Source: Bacteroidota bacterium (lineage in GTDB: Bacteria; Bacteroidota; Bacteroidia; 2-12-FULL-35-15). From it: 64,000 nucleotides of DNA. Both the position numbers and the translations under genes were made by a program. The stretch spans positions 24,214 to 88,213 of the forward strand of contig JAQZBR010000003.1 of assembly GCA_029237775.1 (NCBI GenBank), in the 5' to 3' direction. This document shows, in pieces, positions 17,838 through 26,227 of this stretch (positions within the stretch are counted from its first letter, which is position 1; each line of letters begins with the position of its first letter). The notes under the pieces are model-generated. The model did not search any database. It saw only the letters and a program-made list of their open reading frames with translations, and was not told the origin of the DNA.

Positions 17838-20407
17838 ATATTAATAGTTTTATTTTGTTCCTTCTCCTGTTTCTCAGTTACAAAGCTTATGATTTCATGC
17901 ACTTTGTCGGCACAGGCAAGAATGACTGAACCTCTTTTTGCAGCAGCTATTGCATGCTCTATAGCCTTTTTTTCATCTGCGATTATCTCTACCTGCATCG
18001 AAGGACATTCTTCTTTTATACCTTCCATTAAAAGATTGGAATGCTCCTCAGCAGGACGGCCTCGTAAATCTTTATCGTAACGGATTATTATTTTGTCGAA
18101 CATCTGTGCGGCATATTTGCCAAGACAGCGTATGTCATCATCTCTACGGTCGCCTGTGGCCGCAATGATTCCTACCTTTTCAGAGGCTTCGGTTTTATCA
18201 AGGAATTTCTTTAATTCCATATAGCCGCTTTTATTGTGTGCATAGTCAATGATGAAATCGAAATCATTGAACTTAAATACATTTAATCTGCCGGGAGTTT
18301 TCTCAGGCGATGGGACGAATGACAACAATCCGTTTCGTACCGATTCCGGATCAAACTTGTTAATGATCATCACCGCAAGCGATGCTGCAAGAATATTCTG
18401 GATCATAAATTCAGCTTTACCGTCAAAGCTTAGAGGAATATTGGCGATTTTGTCGATTCGTGTTTTCCACTCACCGTTGTAAATTGTAAGATACTCCTCC
18501 TCAATAACTGCAGCAACTCCGCCATTCTCACAATGTGTCCTCACGCGTTCATTATTTTCATTCAGACTGAAGAGTGCGATCTTGCAGTTAGTGAATTGTT
18601 GCATATTATAGACGAGATCATCATCAGCATTCAGGATGGCATATCCGTCCTTCTTTGTAGCTTTCGCCACCACAAGCTTAACCTTAGAGAGTTCTTCAAG
18701 CGTTTCTATGTCTTTTGTTCCGAGGTGATCATCGGAAACATTTGTAACTATACTGATATCGCACTGGTCAAATCCCAATCCCGATCTTATAATTCCTCCC
18801 CTGGCACATTCAAGCACTGCCATGTCGATAGTTGGGTCGAAAAGCACGGTCTGCGCGCTAACGGATCCGGTGCAATCACCTTCTTCAATTAAATGATTAT
18901 TGATATAGATACCTTCTGTGGTAGTATATCCGACAGTATGGCCAGCCTCTTTAAGGATGTGTGCCGTCAGTCGTGTGGTAGTTGTCTTACCGTTAGTGCC
19001 TGTTACAGCAATTAACGGAATGCGCGTGTCATTATCAGGAAAAAGCATATCGATTATCGGCTTTGCGACATTGCGCGGAATCCCGATAGTGGGATTGGTA
19101 TGCATTCTGATTCCCGGCCCTGCATTCACTTCAATGATAGCTCCGGTCTTTTTCGTTAAAGGCTGGCTTACATCAGTTGTTAATATATCTATTCCACAAA
19201 TGTTAAGGTTGAAAAGCTTAGCGATATGTTCAGCCATAAAAACATTTTCGGGATGAACAATGTCTGTTACGTCTGTAGATGTCCCGCCTGCGCTGATGTT
19301 CGCTATTTCCTTTAAATATAGATTTTGGCCTTCATGCAAAACACTTTCAAGGGTAAGGGATTTGGAGGCAAGTATTTTCTTTGTTACATCATCCGCTTTG
19401 ATTAGTGCGAGCGGATGTTCCTGAGAGGAGCCGCGGTCAGGATGCTGGTTTTCTTTTTCAATAAGCTCAGCGATAGTAGACTTGCCATCACCTGTAACAT
19501 TGGCCGGAGTGCGTTTAGCGACTGCAACAAGTTTATAGTTGATCACCAGAAAACGATGATCGTCTCCTTTTATAAATTCTTCCACTATTACGGCACGTGA
19601 GATCTTTTGAGCGACCTCGAGGCCATGGATAGCCTTTTCGATCGAATTTATTTCCGTTGTTACGCCACGCCCGTGATTTCCATCAAGAGGTTTTGTAACA
19701 AGAGGGAATTGCATGTTCTTTATTTCTTCAAGTAATTCTTCTTTATCATAAACTATGACGCCTTTCGGCACGGGAAGCTTTGAATCTTCCAACATTTTCT
19801 TGGTTTCCTCTTTATCTCCGGCAAGTTCAATGCCGATACCACTGGTAGAGTCAACAAGTGCCGTCCTCATTTTCTTTTGCTTGCGGCCATATCCAAGCGT
19901 TATCAGAGAACCATTATCAAATCGTTTGTACGGAATATTTCGGCTGATCGCTTCGTTCAAAATGAATGAAGTGGTGGCTCCCATGTCTTCATCACTTCTT
20001 ATGTCCTCAAGCTCTTCAATGAATTTATGTATATCCGGAGATTGTTTCTGAACAAGGGATTCCACGATCTTCACGGCCGAGGCCGCTGCAAACTTGCCTG
20101 CATCTTCAAATTCGTAAGAAAATATGATGCGAAAAATTTCGGGTTGTCGTGTTGTTAATACCGCGCCATACTCCGCGTGCATTCCTGCTTTTCTTTGAAG
20201 TTCGAGAGCAATGGTTTTTACTGCTTCGGCAATTTCATTCGCTGTGGATAATGAAGGGTGTGCATCAGGGAATATCCGTAGCACTTCAGACTGTAATTCC
20301 GAAGCTTCTGCATTCCCGACATTTAATTTAAATACAATAAGTTTCGAATGCTGGTCAGCCCATTGATTGGGTCCGCGCATTACTTTCAATTCTATGATCT
20401 CAAACAT
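17834..20407 (-). CDS. cphA: Cyanophycin synthetase paralog with a degenerate N domain
   Basis: RGPNxW start; ATP-grasp motifs KPLDGNHGRG, DHRFLV and EVNAGPGIRMH; Mur-ligase motifs TGTNGKTTT, ECARGG, DHLG and DYAHN; no Cx19HxxEH. Confidence 0.9.
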   Translation of the reverse strand: MFEIIELKVMRGPNQWADQHSKLIVFKLNVGNAEASELQSEVLRIFPDAHPSLSTANEIAEAVKTIALELQRKAGMHAEYGAVLTTRQPEIFRIIFSYEFEDAGKFAAASAVKIVESLVQKQSPDIHKFIEELEDIRSDEDMGATTSFILNEAISRNIPYKRFDNGSLITLGYGRKQKKMRTALVDSTSGIGIELAGDKEETKKMLEDSKLPVPKGVIVYDKEELLEEIKNMQFPLVTKPLDGNHGRGVTTEINSIEKAIHGLEVAQKISRAVIVEEFIKGDDHRFLVINYKLVAVAKRTPANVTGDGKSTIAELIEKENQHPDRGSSQEHPLALIKADDVTKKILASKSLTLESVLHEGQNLYLKEIANISAGGTSTDVTDIVHPENVFMAEHIAKLFNLNICGIDILTTDVSQPLTKKTGAIIEVNAGPGIRMHTNPTIGIPRNVAKPIIDMLFPDNDTRIPLIAVTGTNGKTTTTRLTAHILKEAGHTVGYTTTEGIYINNHLIEEGDCTGSVSAQTVLFDPTIDMAVLECARGGIIRSGLGFDQCDISIVTNVSDDHLGTKDIETLEELSKVKLVVAKATKKDGYAILNADDDLVYNMQQFTNCKIALFSLNENNERVRTHCENGGVAAVIEEEYLTIYNGEWKTRIDKIANIPLSFDGKAEFMIQNILAASLAVMIINKFDPESVRNGLLSFVPSPEKTPGRLNVFKFNDFDFIIDYAHNKSGYMELKKFLDKTEASEKVGIIAATGDRRDDDIRCLGKYAAQMFDKIIIRYDKDLRGRPAEEHSNLLMEGIKEECPSMQVEIIADEKKAIEHAIAAAKRGSVILACADKVHEIISFVTEKQEKEQNKTINI

Positions 20408-20430
20408 AAATAACCCTCTTATTCGTTAGG

Positions 20431-20461
20431 AAAAAACGGGAGCAAATTTTGTTTGCTCCCG
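20431..20461 (-). terminator. Intrinsic terminator between the ferritin-like gene and the cphA paralog
   Basis: 10-bp stem CGGGAGCAAA/TTTGCTCCCG followed by six U on the minus strand. Confidence 0.75.
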
Positions 20462-20469
20462 GGAAAGAT

Positions 20470-21060
20470 TTACTTTTTCTTTGCAGCTTTTTTAGCCTTT
20501 TTCGGTGATTCTTCATCCTCCTCTTCAGAGGCTGCCTGCATATTAATGGTGGCTTCTGCCACTTCTGTTAGTTTTTCATCTGCAGCTTTCTCCTGATCTA
20601 ATATTTCTCCAAGCAACGTTGCAGCATCATTCAAACCCAAAGTTTTAGCAAATTGGCGAAGTGTTCCATAGCTGGCAATTTCATAATGCTCAACCTTCTG
20701 TCCCGCAGAAATGATTCCTGCGTCACGCATCGCTCCTGCATCTGCTTCTTTCATGATTTCTTCAGCTTCTTTTACCAGTCCGGCCATTGCTTCACATTTT
20801 TTTGCGGTTGCTTTTTTACCGATCACTTTGAATACCTGCTCAAGCTTTTCGATCTGGCCTTCCGTTTCTTCCAGGTGATTCTCCAGGGCTGTGATCAGAT
20901 CTTCATTTGTAGCTTTCTTGGCCATTTTAGGAAGAGCTTTTGTCAATGCTTTTTCAGCCCAATAGATATCTTTTAATTCGTCTTCGAATAATTTCATGAG
21001 TTTTGATTCTTCGATGCCATATTCTGCAGACGCTTTTTTGCTTGTTGATTTTGATTTCAT
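20470..21060 (-). CDS. YciE/YciF (DUF892) ferritin-like stress protein with Lys-rich termini
   Basis: LKDIYWAEK, HLEETEGQ, KCEAMAGL and QKVEHYEIASYGTL motifs. Confidence 0.93.
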   Translation of the reverse strand: MKSKSTSKKASAEYGIEESKLMKLFEDELKDIYWAEKALTKALPKMAKKATNEDLITALENHLEETEGQIEKLEQVFKVIGKKATAKKCEAMAGLVKEAEEIMKEADAGAMRDAGIISAGQKVEHYEIASYGTLRQFAKTLGLNDAATLLGEILDQEKAADEKLTEVAEATINMQAASEEEDEESPKKAKKAAKKK

Positions 21061-21091
21061 ATGAATGTTTTTAGGGTTTGTGCTTAGCTAT

Positions 21092-21108
21092 ATTAAAAGA
21101 ATATGCCT
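21092..21108 (-). promoter_or_regulatory. GGYRY-N5-TT box (sigma54-like)
   Basis: Minus strand AGGCATATTCTTTTAAT. Confidence 0.55.
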
Positions 21109-21230
21109 TTTCATTAAATGACAGCTAATTTCCGAACTGTGAAAAAAAATACACAAATAGCCTGTTTCACTCTTAATTTAATTAGCATGTTTCTTGACAG
21201 AAGTTTACTTACTTTTAGATCTTAAAATTT

Positions 21231-22178
21231 ATGACTAAGGAAATGAAAAGGCATGCGATAGCAATACACGGAGGAGCCGGTACCATCACAAGAAACATAT
21301 TAACAAACGATCTGGAGCTGGCCTACAGGGGAGCTTTACAGGAAGCTATTGAAATGGGAGACAGAATTCTTGCAAAGGGAGGAAACGCCCTCGAAGCTGT
21401 CACCGCCAGCGTAGCGCTAATGGAGGAAAATGAATTATTTAATGCAGGAAAAGGTTCAGTGTTTAATCATGAGGGGAAACACGAGATGGATGCAGCCGTT
21501 ATGGATGGTAAAACCTTAATGGCAGGTGCTGTTTCCGGTATTCGTAATTTGAAGCACCCTGTTTTATTGGCTAAAGCGATTATGGAGAAGTCAGACCATG
21601 TTCTATTGGCTAATTCAGGAGCTGCAGACTTCGCCAGGGAAATGAATCTTGAATTTGCTCCGGATGATTATTTTTTCGTTCAGCATCGTTACGAACAATT
21701 TTTGGCTGCCAGGGCTGAAGGGCATGTTGTTCTGGATCACACTCAGCCCGGAGACGAGAAGAAATTCGGAACCGTAGGTGCTGTAGCTTTGGATGTTCAT
21801 GGTAATATTGCTGCCGCGACCTCAACGGGTGGTATGACCAATAAAAAATGGGGGAGGGTAGGTGATTCACCTATCATTGGAGCCGGAACATACGCTAACA
21901 ATAATACCTGCGCTATTTCCTGTACCGGACACGGGGAATACTTTATCAGATCAGTAGTAGCGTACGATATTTCATGTCTTATGGAATACAAAGGACTCAG
22001 CCTCAAAGAAGCCTGTGACCTTGTAGTGATGAAAAAGCTTGTTGAAATTGGCGGAGAAGGCGGATTGATAGCGATAGATACTATGGGTAATATTGAAATG
22101 CCTTTTAATTCTGAAGGAATGTATCGCGCGGTGAAGCATTCAGAACAGGATTATTTTATCGGTATCTATAAGGACTAA
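21231..22178 (+). CDS. iaaA: Isoaspartyl peptidase/L-asparaginase (Ntn hydrolase)
   Basis: IHGGAG, FNAGKG, EMDA, G-TVGAVA Thr nucleophile, TSTGG, GRVGDSP and TGHGE motifs. Confidence 0.95.
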   Translation: MTKEMKRHAIAIHGGAGTITRNILTNDLELAYRGALQEAIEMGDRILAKGGNALEAVTASVALMEENELFNAGKGSVFNHEGKHEMDAAVMDGKTLMAGAVSGIRNLKHPVLLAKAIMEKSDHVLLANSGAADFAREMNLEFAPDDYFFVQHRYEQFLAARAEGHVVLDHTQPGDEKKFGTVGAVALDVHGNIAAATSTGGMTNKKWGRVGDSPIIGAGTYANNNTCAISCTGHGEYFIRSVVAYDISCLMEYKGLSLKEACDLVVMKKLVEIGGEGGLIAIDTMGNIEMPFNSEGMYRAVKHSEQDYFIGIYKD

Positions 22179-22198
22179 GCCTCAACTATATTCAAAAT

Positions 22199-22233
22199 AA
22201 AAACGCCTCTTCGGTTTTCGAAGAGGCGTTTTT
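22199..22233. terminator. Bidirectional intrinsic terminator
   Basis: AAAAACGCCTCTTCG-GTTTT-CGAAGAGGCGTTTTT. Confidence 0.9.
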
Positions 22234-22249
22234 GTATGTTTAGTATTTA

Positions 22250-24898
22250 TCAGGATACTTTTGATAAAGGGAAAAGCTGGTTTCCGGATTTCTCATTTTC
22301 TTCTTTTAATTGCTTAACAAATGCAATACTTTTCTTTACATCTTCTGTACAAAGGAAAATAAAGCTTCCGTTAACGGCATTCTGCATAGATGTTAATAAT
22401 GCTTCCTGTTCGTTTGGAACCACAATAACAGGAATTGAACTGTTCACACTGTTGATTCCTTCCATAAGCAAAGCGGTAAGCTCATCGCAGTTTCTTCCAC
22501 GCAGGTCATCATCGTGACGGATGATAATATTCGTAAACATTTGCGCGGCATAGTAGCCGATATTGCGGATATCTTCATTTCTTCTATCGCCAACTGCAGT
22601 GATAATGCCTGTTTTTACCGGTGCATTGATGCTGTCCACAAACTTCTTCAATTCAACAAAACCTCCTGCATTGTGAGCGTAATCAACCATTACATCAAAA
22701 TTGCTGAATTTGAAATTATTCATGCGGCCAGGAGTATGCTCCGGTGAAGGAACAAATGAAAGCAAGGCGGCACGGATATCTTCCAGTTTGAAATTGCTGG
22801 CCATTCCTGCAAGCGTTGCTGCCAGAATGTTTTTAATCATTGCAGTTGCTTTACCCTGGAACGACAATGGTACATTCTCAATTCTGCAAACTCTTGTCTG
22901 CCATTCACCTTTGGTGATTGTCAGGTATCCTTTTTCGATTGTAGCTGCCATTCCACCGCGTTTGCAGTGACGAATGATGCGCTCATTATTTTCTTCAATG
23001 CTGAAAAGTGCTATGTTACAGTCAATGTCATATCTCAGATCATAAACCAGATCATCGTCTGCATTTAAAATGCTGAAACCATCATCAAATGTGCTTCTTG
23101 CCACAACCGCTTTCACTTTTGCCATCTCTTCAACATCGTCAATGCCATTTAAGCCAAGATGATCTTCGGAAATGTTGGTGATGATGCTCACATTGCAATT
23201 GTCGAAACCTAATCCTGCTCTTAAAATTCCACCACGAGCACATTCAAGGACTGCAAAATCAACAGTAGGATCTGTTAGAATCGCTTCTGCACTAACAGGG
23301 CCAGTGCAATCGCCATAGTGAACTGCGTGACCGTTAATATAAATTCCATCAGTTGTTGTAAATCCTGTTCTGAATCCCGCCTGTTTAGCCATGTGAGCAA
23401 CAAGCCTTGTTGTTGTTGTTTTTCCATTGGTTCCTGTTACGGCAACAATCGGGATCCGTGAAGGCTTTCCTTCCGGATATAACATACTCATCACAGGTTC
23501 TGCAACGTTTCTTGCTAAGCCTTTCGCAGGATTAAGGTGCATACGGAATCCCGGACATGCATTCACTTCAACTATCCCTCCAATTTCGTTTGTGATAGGT
23601 TGGTCTATATCCTTTGCCACAACATCGATCCCACAAATATCAAGGTTCATTATACGTGCGATCCTCTCGGCCATTAAAACATTGGCAGGGTGGACAAGAT
23701 CAGTTACATCGCGGGATGTTCCACCTGTGCTGATATTCGCTGTGTCTTTTAATAAAAGGATCTGTCCCATCGGAAGAATAGTGCTGAGAGTAAATCCCTT
23801 ATCATTTAAAATATTATTCGTGGTCTCATCCACAACGATCTTTGTCATTACTTTCTCATGTCCGTCTCCCCGGTTCGGATCATTGTTGGTCTGCTCTATA
23901 AGTTCAGCTATAGTGGAGAGGCCATCTCCCATAACCATTGCGGGTGTGCGTTTTGCCACTGCAACCAGTTTGTAATTGATAACAAGGAAGCGATAATCAT
24001 AACCTTCTATAAACCGTTCAACGATCACACTTTCGGAAATGGTTTTTGCTATGTGAAACGCTGCGATTGCCTGTTCAATATTTCTGATATTGGTCGTAAT
24101 ACCTCTACCGTGGTTGCCGTCAATAGGTTTAATCACAACAGGGAAGCTCATTTCCTGAAGTACATCGCGAAGTTCTTCTTCATCGCTGATCACTTCTCCG
24201 GTAGGTACCGGGATATATGCTTTTTTAAGAATTTTTTTTGTTTCGTCTTTATCACCCGCCAGATCAACTCCGATTGAAGCTGTATCAGAGGTCATAGAGG
24301 CACGGATCTTTTTCTGGTGAACACCCTGTCCGAAAAGGATCATTGATCCGCTGTTAAGTCGTTTGTATGGAATATTCCGTTTTTTAGCTTCGTTGATGAT
24401 AGACTGCGTGCTCGGGCCAAATGCTTCACGCTTATGAATTCTTCTTAAGCGGTCAAGGTCTGCATCCAGATCGTATGGTGTGCCATTAGCTAATGCGTCA
24501 CAGATTCTGATCGCTGCTTCAGCTGCGTATACCCCGGCCTTTTCAATCTCGTAGGAAAAGATCACATGATAGATCCCCGATTGTCCTGCCGAACGTGTGC
24601 GGCCGTAGCCCACTTCCATACCTGCAAGGGTTTGAATTTCCAGTGCGATATGTTCAACAACATGTCCCATCCATGTTCCGCTTTTGATCCGTTCGAAGAA
24701 TCCTCCTTCGTGGCCTTCGGAGCATCTGTGTTCAAACATGCTTGGAAACATTTCTTTGAGACGTTCACCAAAACCGGGGATTTTATTTGTAGGGAGCTGT
24801 TCGTACTTGCCGATATCCAGCTTCATGATAATCACATGTTGGCGGTAATTGGACCAATAGTTGGGTCCACGCATAATACTGAGGTCGAGAATATTCAT
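22250..24898 (-). CDS. cphA: Cyanophycin synthetase CphA1, canonical
   Basis: RGPNYWS; intact C-x19-HVVEH and YGRTR; GPST, KPIDGNHGRG, ANISTGG, TGTNGKTTT and DYAHN motifs; start taken at ATG 24898. Confidence 0.96.
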   Translation of the reverse strand: MNILDLSIMRGPNYWSNYRQHVIIMKLDIGKYEQLPTNKIPGFGERLKEMFPSMFEHRCSEGHEGGFFERIKSGTWMGHVVEHIALEIQTLAGMEVGYGRTRSAGQSGIYHVIFSYEIEKAGVYAAEAAIRICDALANGTPYDLDADLDRLRRIHKREAFGPSTQSIINEAKKRNIPYKRLNSGSMILFGQGVHQKKIRASMTSDTASIGVDLAGDKDETKKILKKAYIPVPTGEVISDEEELRDVLQEMSFPVVIKPIDGNHGRGITTNIRNIEQAIAAFHIAKTISESVIVERFIEGYDYRFLVINYKLVAVAKRTPAMVMGDGLSTIAELIEQTNNDPNRGDGHEKVMTKIVVDETTNNILNDKGFTLSTILPMGQILLLKDTANISTGGTSRDVTDLVHPANVLMAERIARIMNLDICGIDVVAKDIDQPITNEIGGIVEVNACPGFRMHLNPAKGLARNVAEPVMSMLYPEGKPSRIPIVAVTGTNGKTTTTRLVAHMAKQAGFRTGFTTTDGIYINGHAVHYGDCTGPVSAEAILTDPTVDFAVLECARGGILRAGLGFDNCNVSIITNISEDHLGLNGIDDVEEMAKVKAVVARSTFDDGFSILNADDDLVYDLRYDIDCNIALFSIEENNERIIRHCKRGGMAATIEKGYLTITKGEWQTRVCRIENVPLSFQGKATAMIKNILAATLAGMASNFKLEDIRAALLSFVPSPEHTPGRMNNFKFSNFDVMVDYAHNAGGFVELKKFVDSINAPVKTGIITAVGDRRNEDIRNIGYYAAQMFTNIIIRHDDDLRGRNCDELTALLMEGINSVNSSIPVIVVPNEQEALLTSMQNAVNGSFIFLCTEDVKKSIAFVKQLKEENEKSGNQLFPLSKVS

Positions 24899-24925
24899 AA
24901 GGGCATTTTTAGTTTGACCTGTTTT

Positions 24926-24942
24926 CAAGAAAAACTATGCCA
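24926..24942 (-). promoter_or_regulatory. GGYRY-N5-TT box (sigma54-like)
   Basis: Minus strand TGGCATAGTTTTTCTTG. Confidence 0.55.
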
Positions 24943-25058
24943 TAAACAAACAGCCTGAGAATCAAGGCGGAGGACTGGAATTCAATAAAAAAGTGGGGAA
25001 AATATACCACCCTAACCGGATGGATAACGCGGGAAAACCCCTATTTATGGGGCAAAAC

Positions 25059-25090
25059 AAAAACGCTCCCGGATTACGGAAGCGTCTTCT
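25059..25090 (-). terminator. Terminator downstream of efp
   Basis: Imperfect stem ACGCTCCCG/CGGAAGCGT with a U-tract on the minus strand. Confidence 0.6.
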
Positions 25091-25109
25091 TTGCTAAATA
25101 AGGATGTTA

Positions 25110-25670
25110 TTATTTTACGCGTTCAACATAAGAGTTTGTGCGTGTGTCAATCTTAATTTTCTCCCCTTCGTTCACAAATAAAGGAACGTTTACAACAGCT
25201 CCTGTTTCAAGGGTCGCAGGTTTTAAAGTGTTAGTTGCGGTATCACCTTTAACACCAGGCTCTGCATATGTTATAGTAAGCTCCACAAATGTAGGTGCCT
25301 CAGCAAGAATTGGCTCATCTCCTTCAAAAGACACTTTTACTTCCATACCTTCTTTAAGGAATTTAATGCTATCTCCTAAAAGAAATGCCGGTAAATGGAT
25401 CTGCTCAAATGTGTCATTATCCATGAGCACGATAAACTCGCCTTCAGGATAAATGAACTGCATCTGTTTGTAATCAACGCGAACCACTTCGACAGCTTCT
25501 CCCGCCCTGAAACGGTTTTCCACGATCTTGCCGTTCTTTAAATTACGCATACGTGCCTGGTAGAAGGCGCGAAGGTTTCCCGGTGTGCGGTGCTGGTATT
25601 CTTCTATTCTGCAAAGCTCACCGTTAAAGCGGATCACTGAACCTACGTTGATATCTCCTGAATTTGCCAT
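25110..25670 (-). CDS. efp: Translation elongation factor P
   Basis: HRTPGNLRAF loop, EPGVKGDTA, KPATLETG and VPLFV motifs; start taken at ATG 25670. Confidence 0.96.
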   Translation of the reverse strand: MANSGDINVGSVIRFNGELCRIEEYQHRTPGNLRAFYQARMRNLKNGKIVENRFRAGEAVEVVRVDYKQMQFIYPEGEFIVLMDNDTFEQIHLPAFLLGDSIKFLKEGMEVKVSFEGDEPILAEAPTFVELTITYAEPGVKGDTATNTLKPATLETGAVVNVPLFVNEGEKIKIDTRTNSYVERVK

Positions 25671-25890
25671 TTGATGATATGTTTTTGTAAAAGAGTTTAG
25701 AAATTGGTCTGCAAAGATATGATTTATGGCTTTACCTGCAAATCGTGACTTAACTGTTTTCACAACGGAGAAACGGAGTGCAGGGAGAGGTAAGAGTGAG
25801 GCTGATCGACCTGGTGTTACATTCAAATCGCCTTAAAATAAAAAATCCCCTGCTTTCGCAGAGGACTTTCTATTAAATTGAAATATATAA

Positions 25891-26082
25891 CTAAGCTAGT
25901 TTTACATTTACTGCATTTAATCCTTTTTTACCTTCTTGTACTTCGTAAGTAACGGTATCATTTTCTCTGATTTCGTCAACCAGACCTGATACGTGTACAA
26001 AAATTTCTTTTCCTGTTTGTTCGTCTTTAACAAATCCAAAACCTTTTGTGTTGTTAAAGAACTTTACTGTTCCTGTGTTCAT
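25891..26082 (-). CDS. Cold-shock protein
   Basis: GTVKFFN, RNP1 KGFGFV and RNP2 IFVHVS; terminator-like hairpin at about 25840-25870. Confidence 0.95.
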   Translation of the reverse strand: MNTGTVKFFNNTKGFGFVKDEQTGKEIFVHVSGLVDEIRENDTVTYEVQEGKKGLNAVNVKLA

Positions 26083-26227
26083 TTTTTATTATGTATTAAA
26101 TTAATTTCAACAAAGATACGGTTAATATTTCTTAAAAACCGATTTAAAAGATAAATTATTTCTAATTGCCATATTATCAGTGCTTTCTGACTTTTAAAAA
26201 AATCCATTGGCTGATTCCAAGGAGCGT

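Noticed and set aside
17834-20407. Second cphA as a pseudogene or as CphA2
   Set aside because: The 857-aa frame is uninterrupted and keeps intact ATP-grasp motifs and the Mur P-loop (TGTNGKTTT), which CphA2 lacks.
21183-21198. GG-type box for iaaA (TAGCATGTTTCTTGAC)
   Set aside because: It has AG instead of the invariant GG, so it was not counted, although the spacing fits.
25671-25826. N-terminal extension of EF-P, and similar extensions at 4728, 13095, 13176, 24928, 38359, 54352 and 62607
   Set aside because: These upstream starts run through promoters, terminators or neighbouring genes; the family-typical N-termini begin at the downstream ATGs used.
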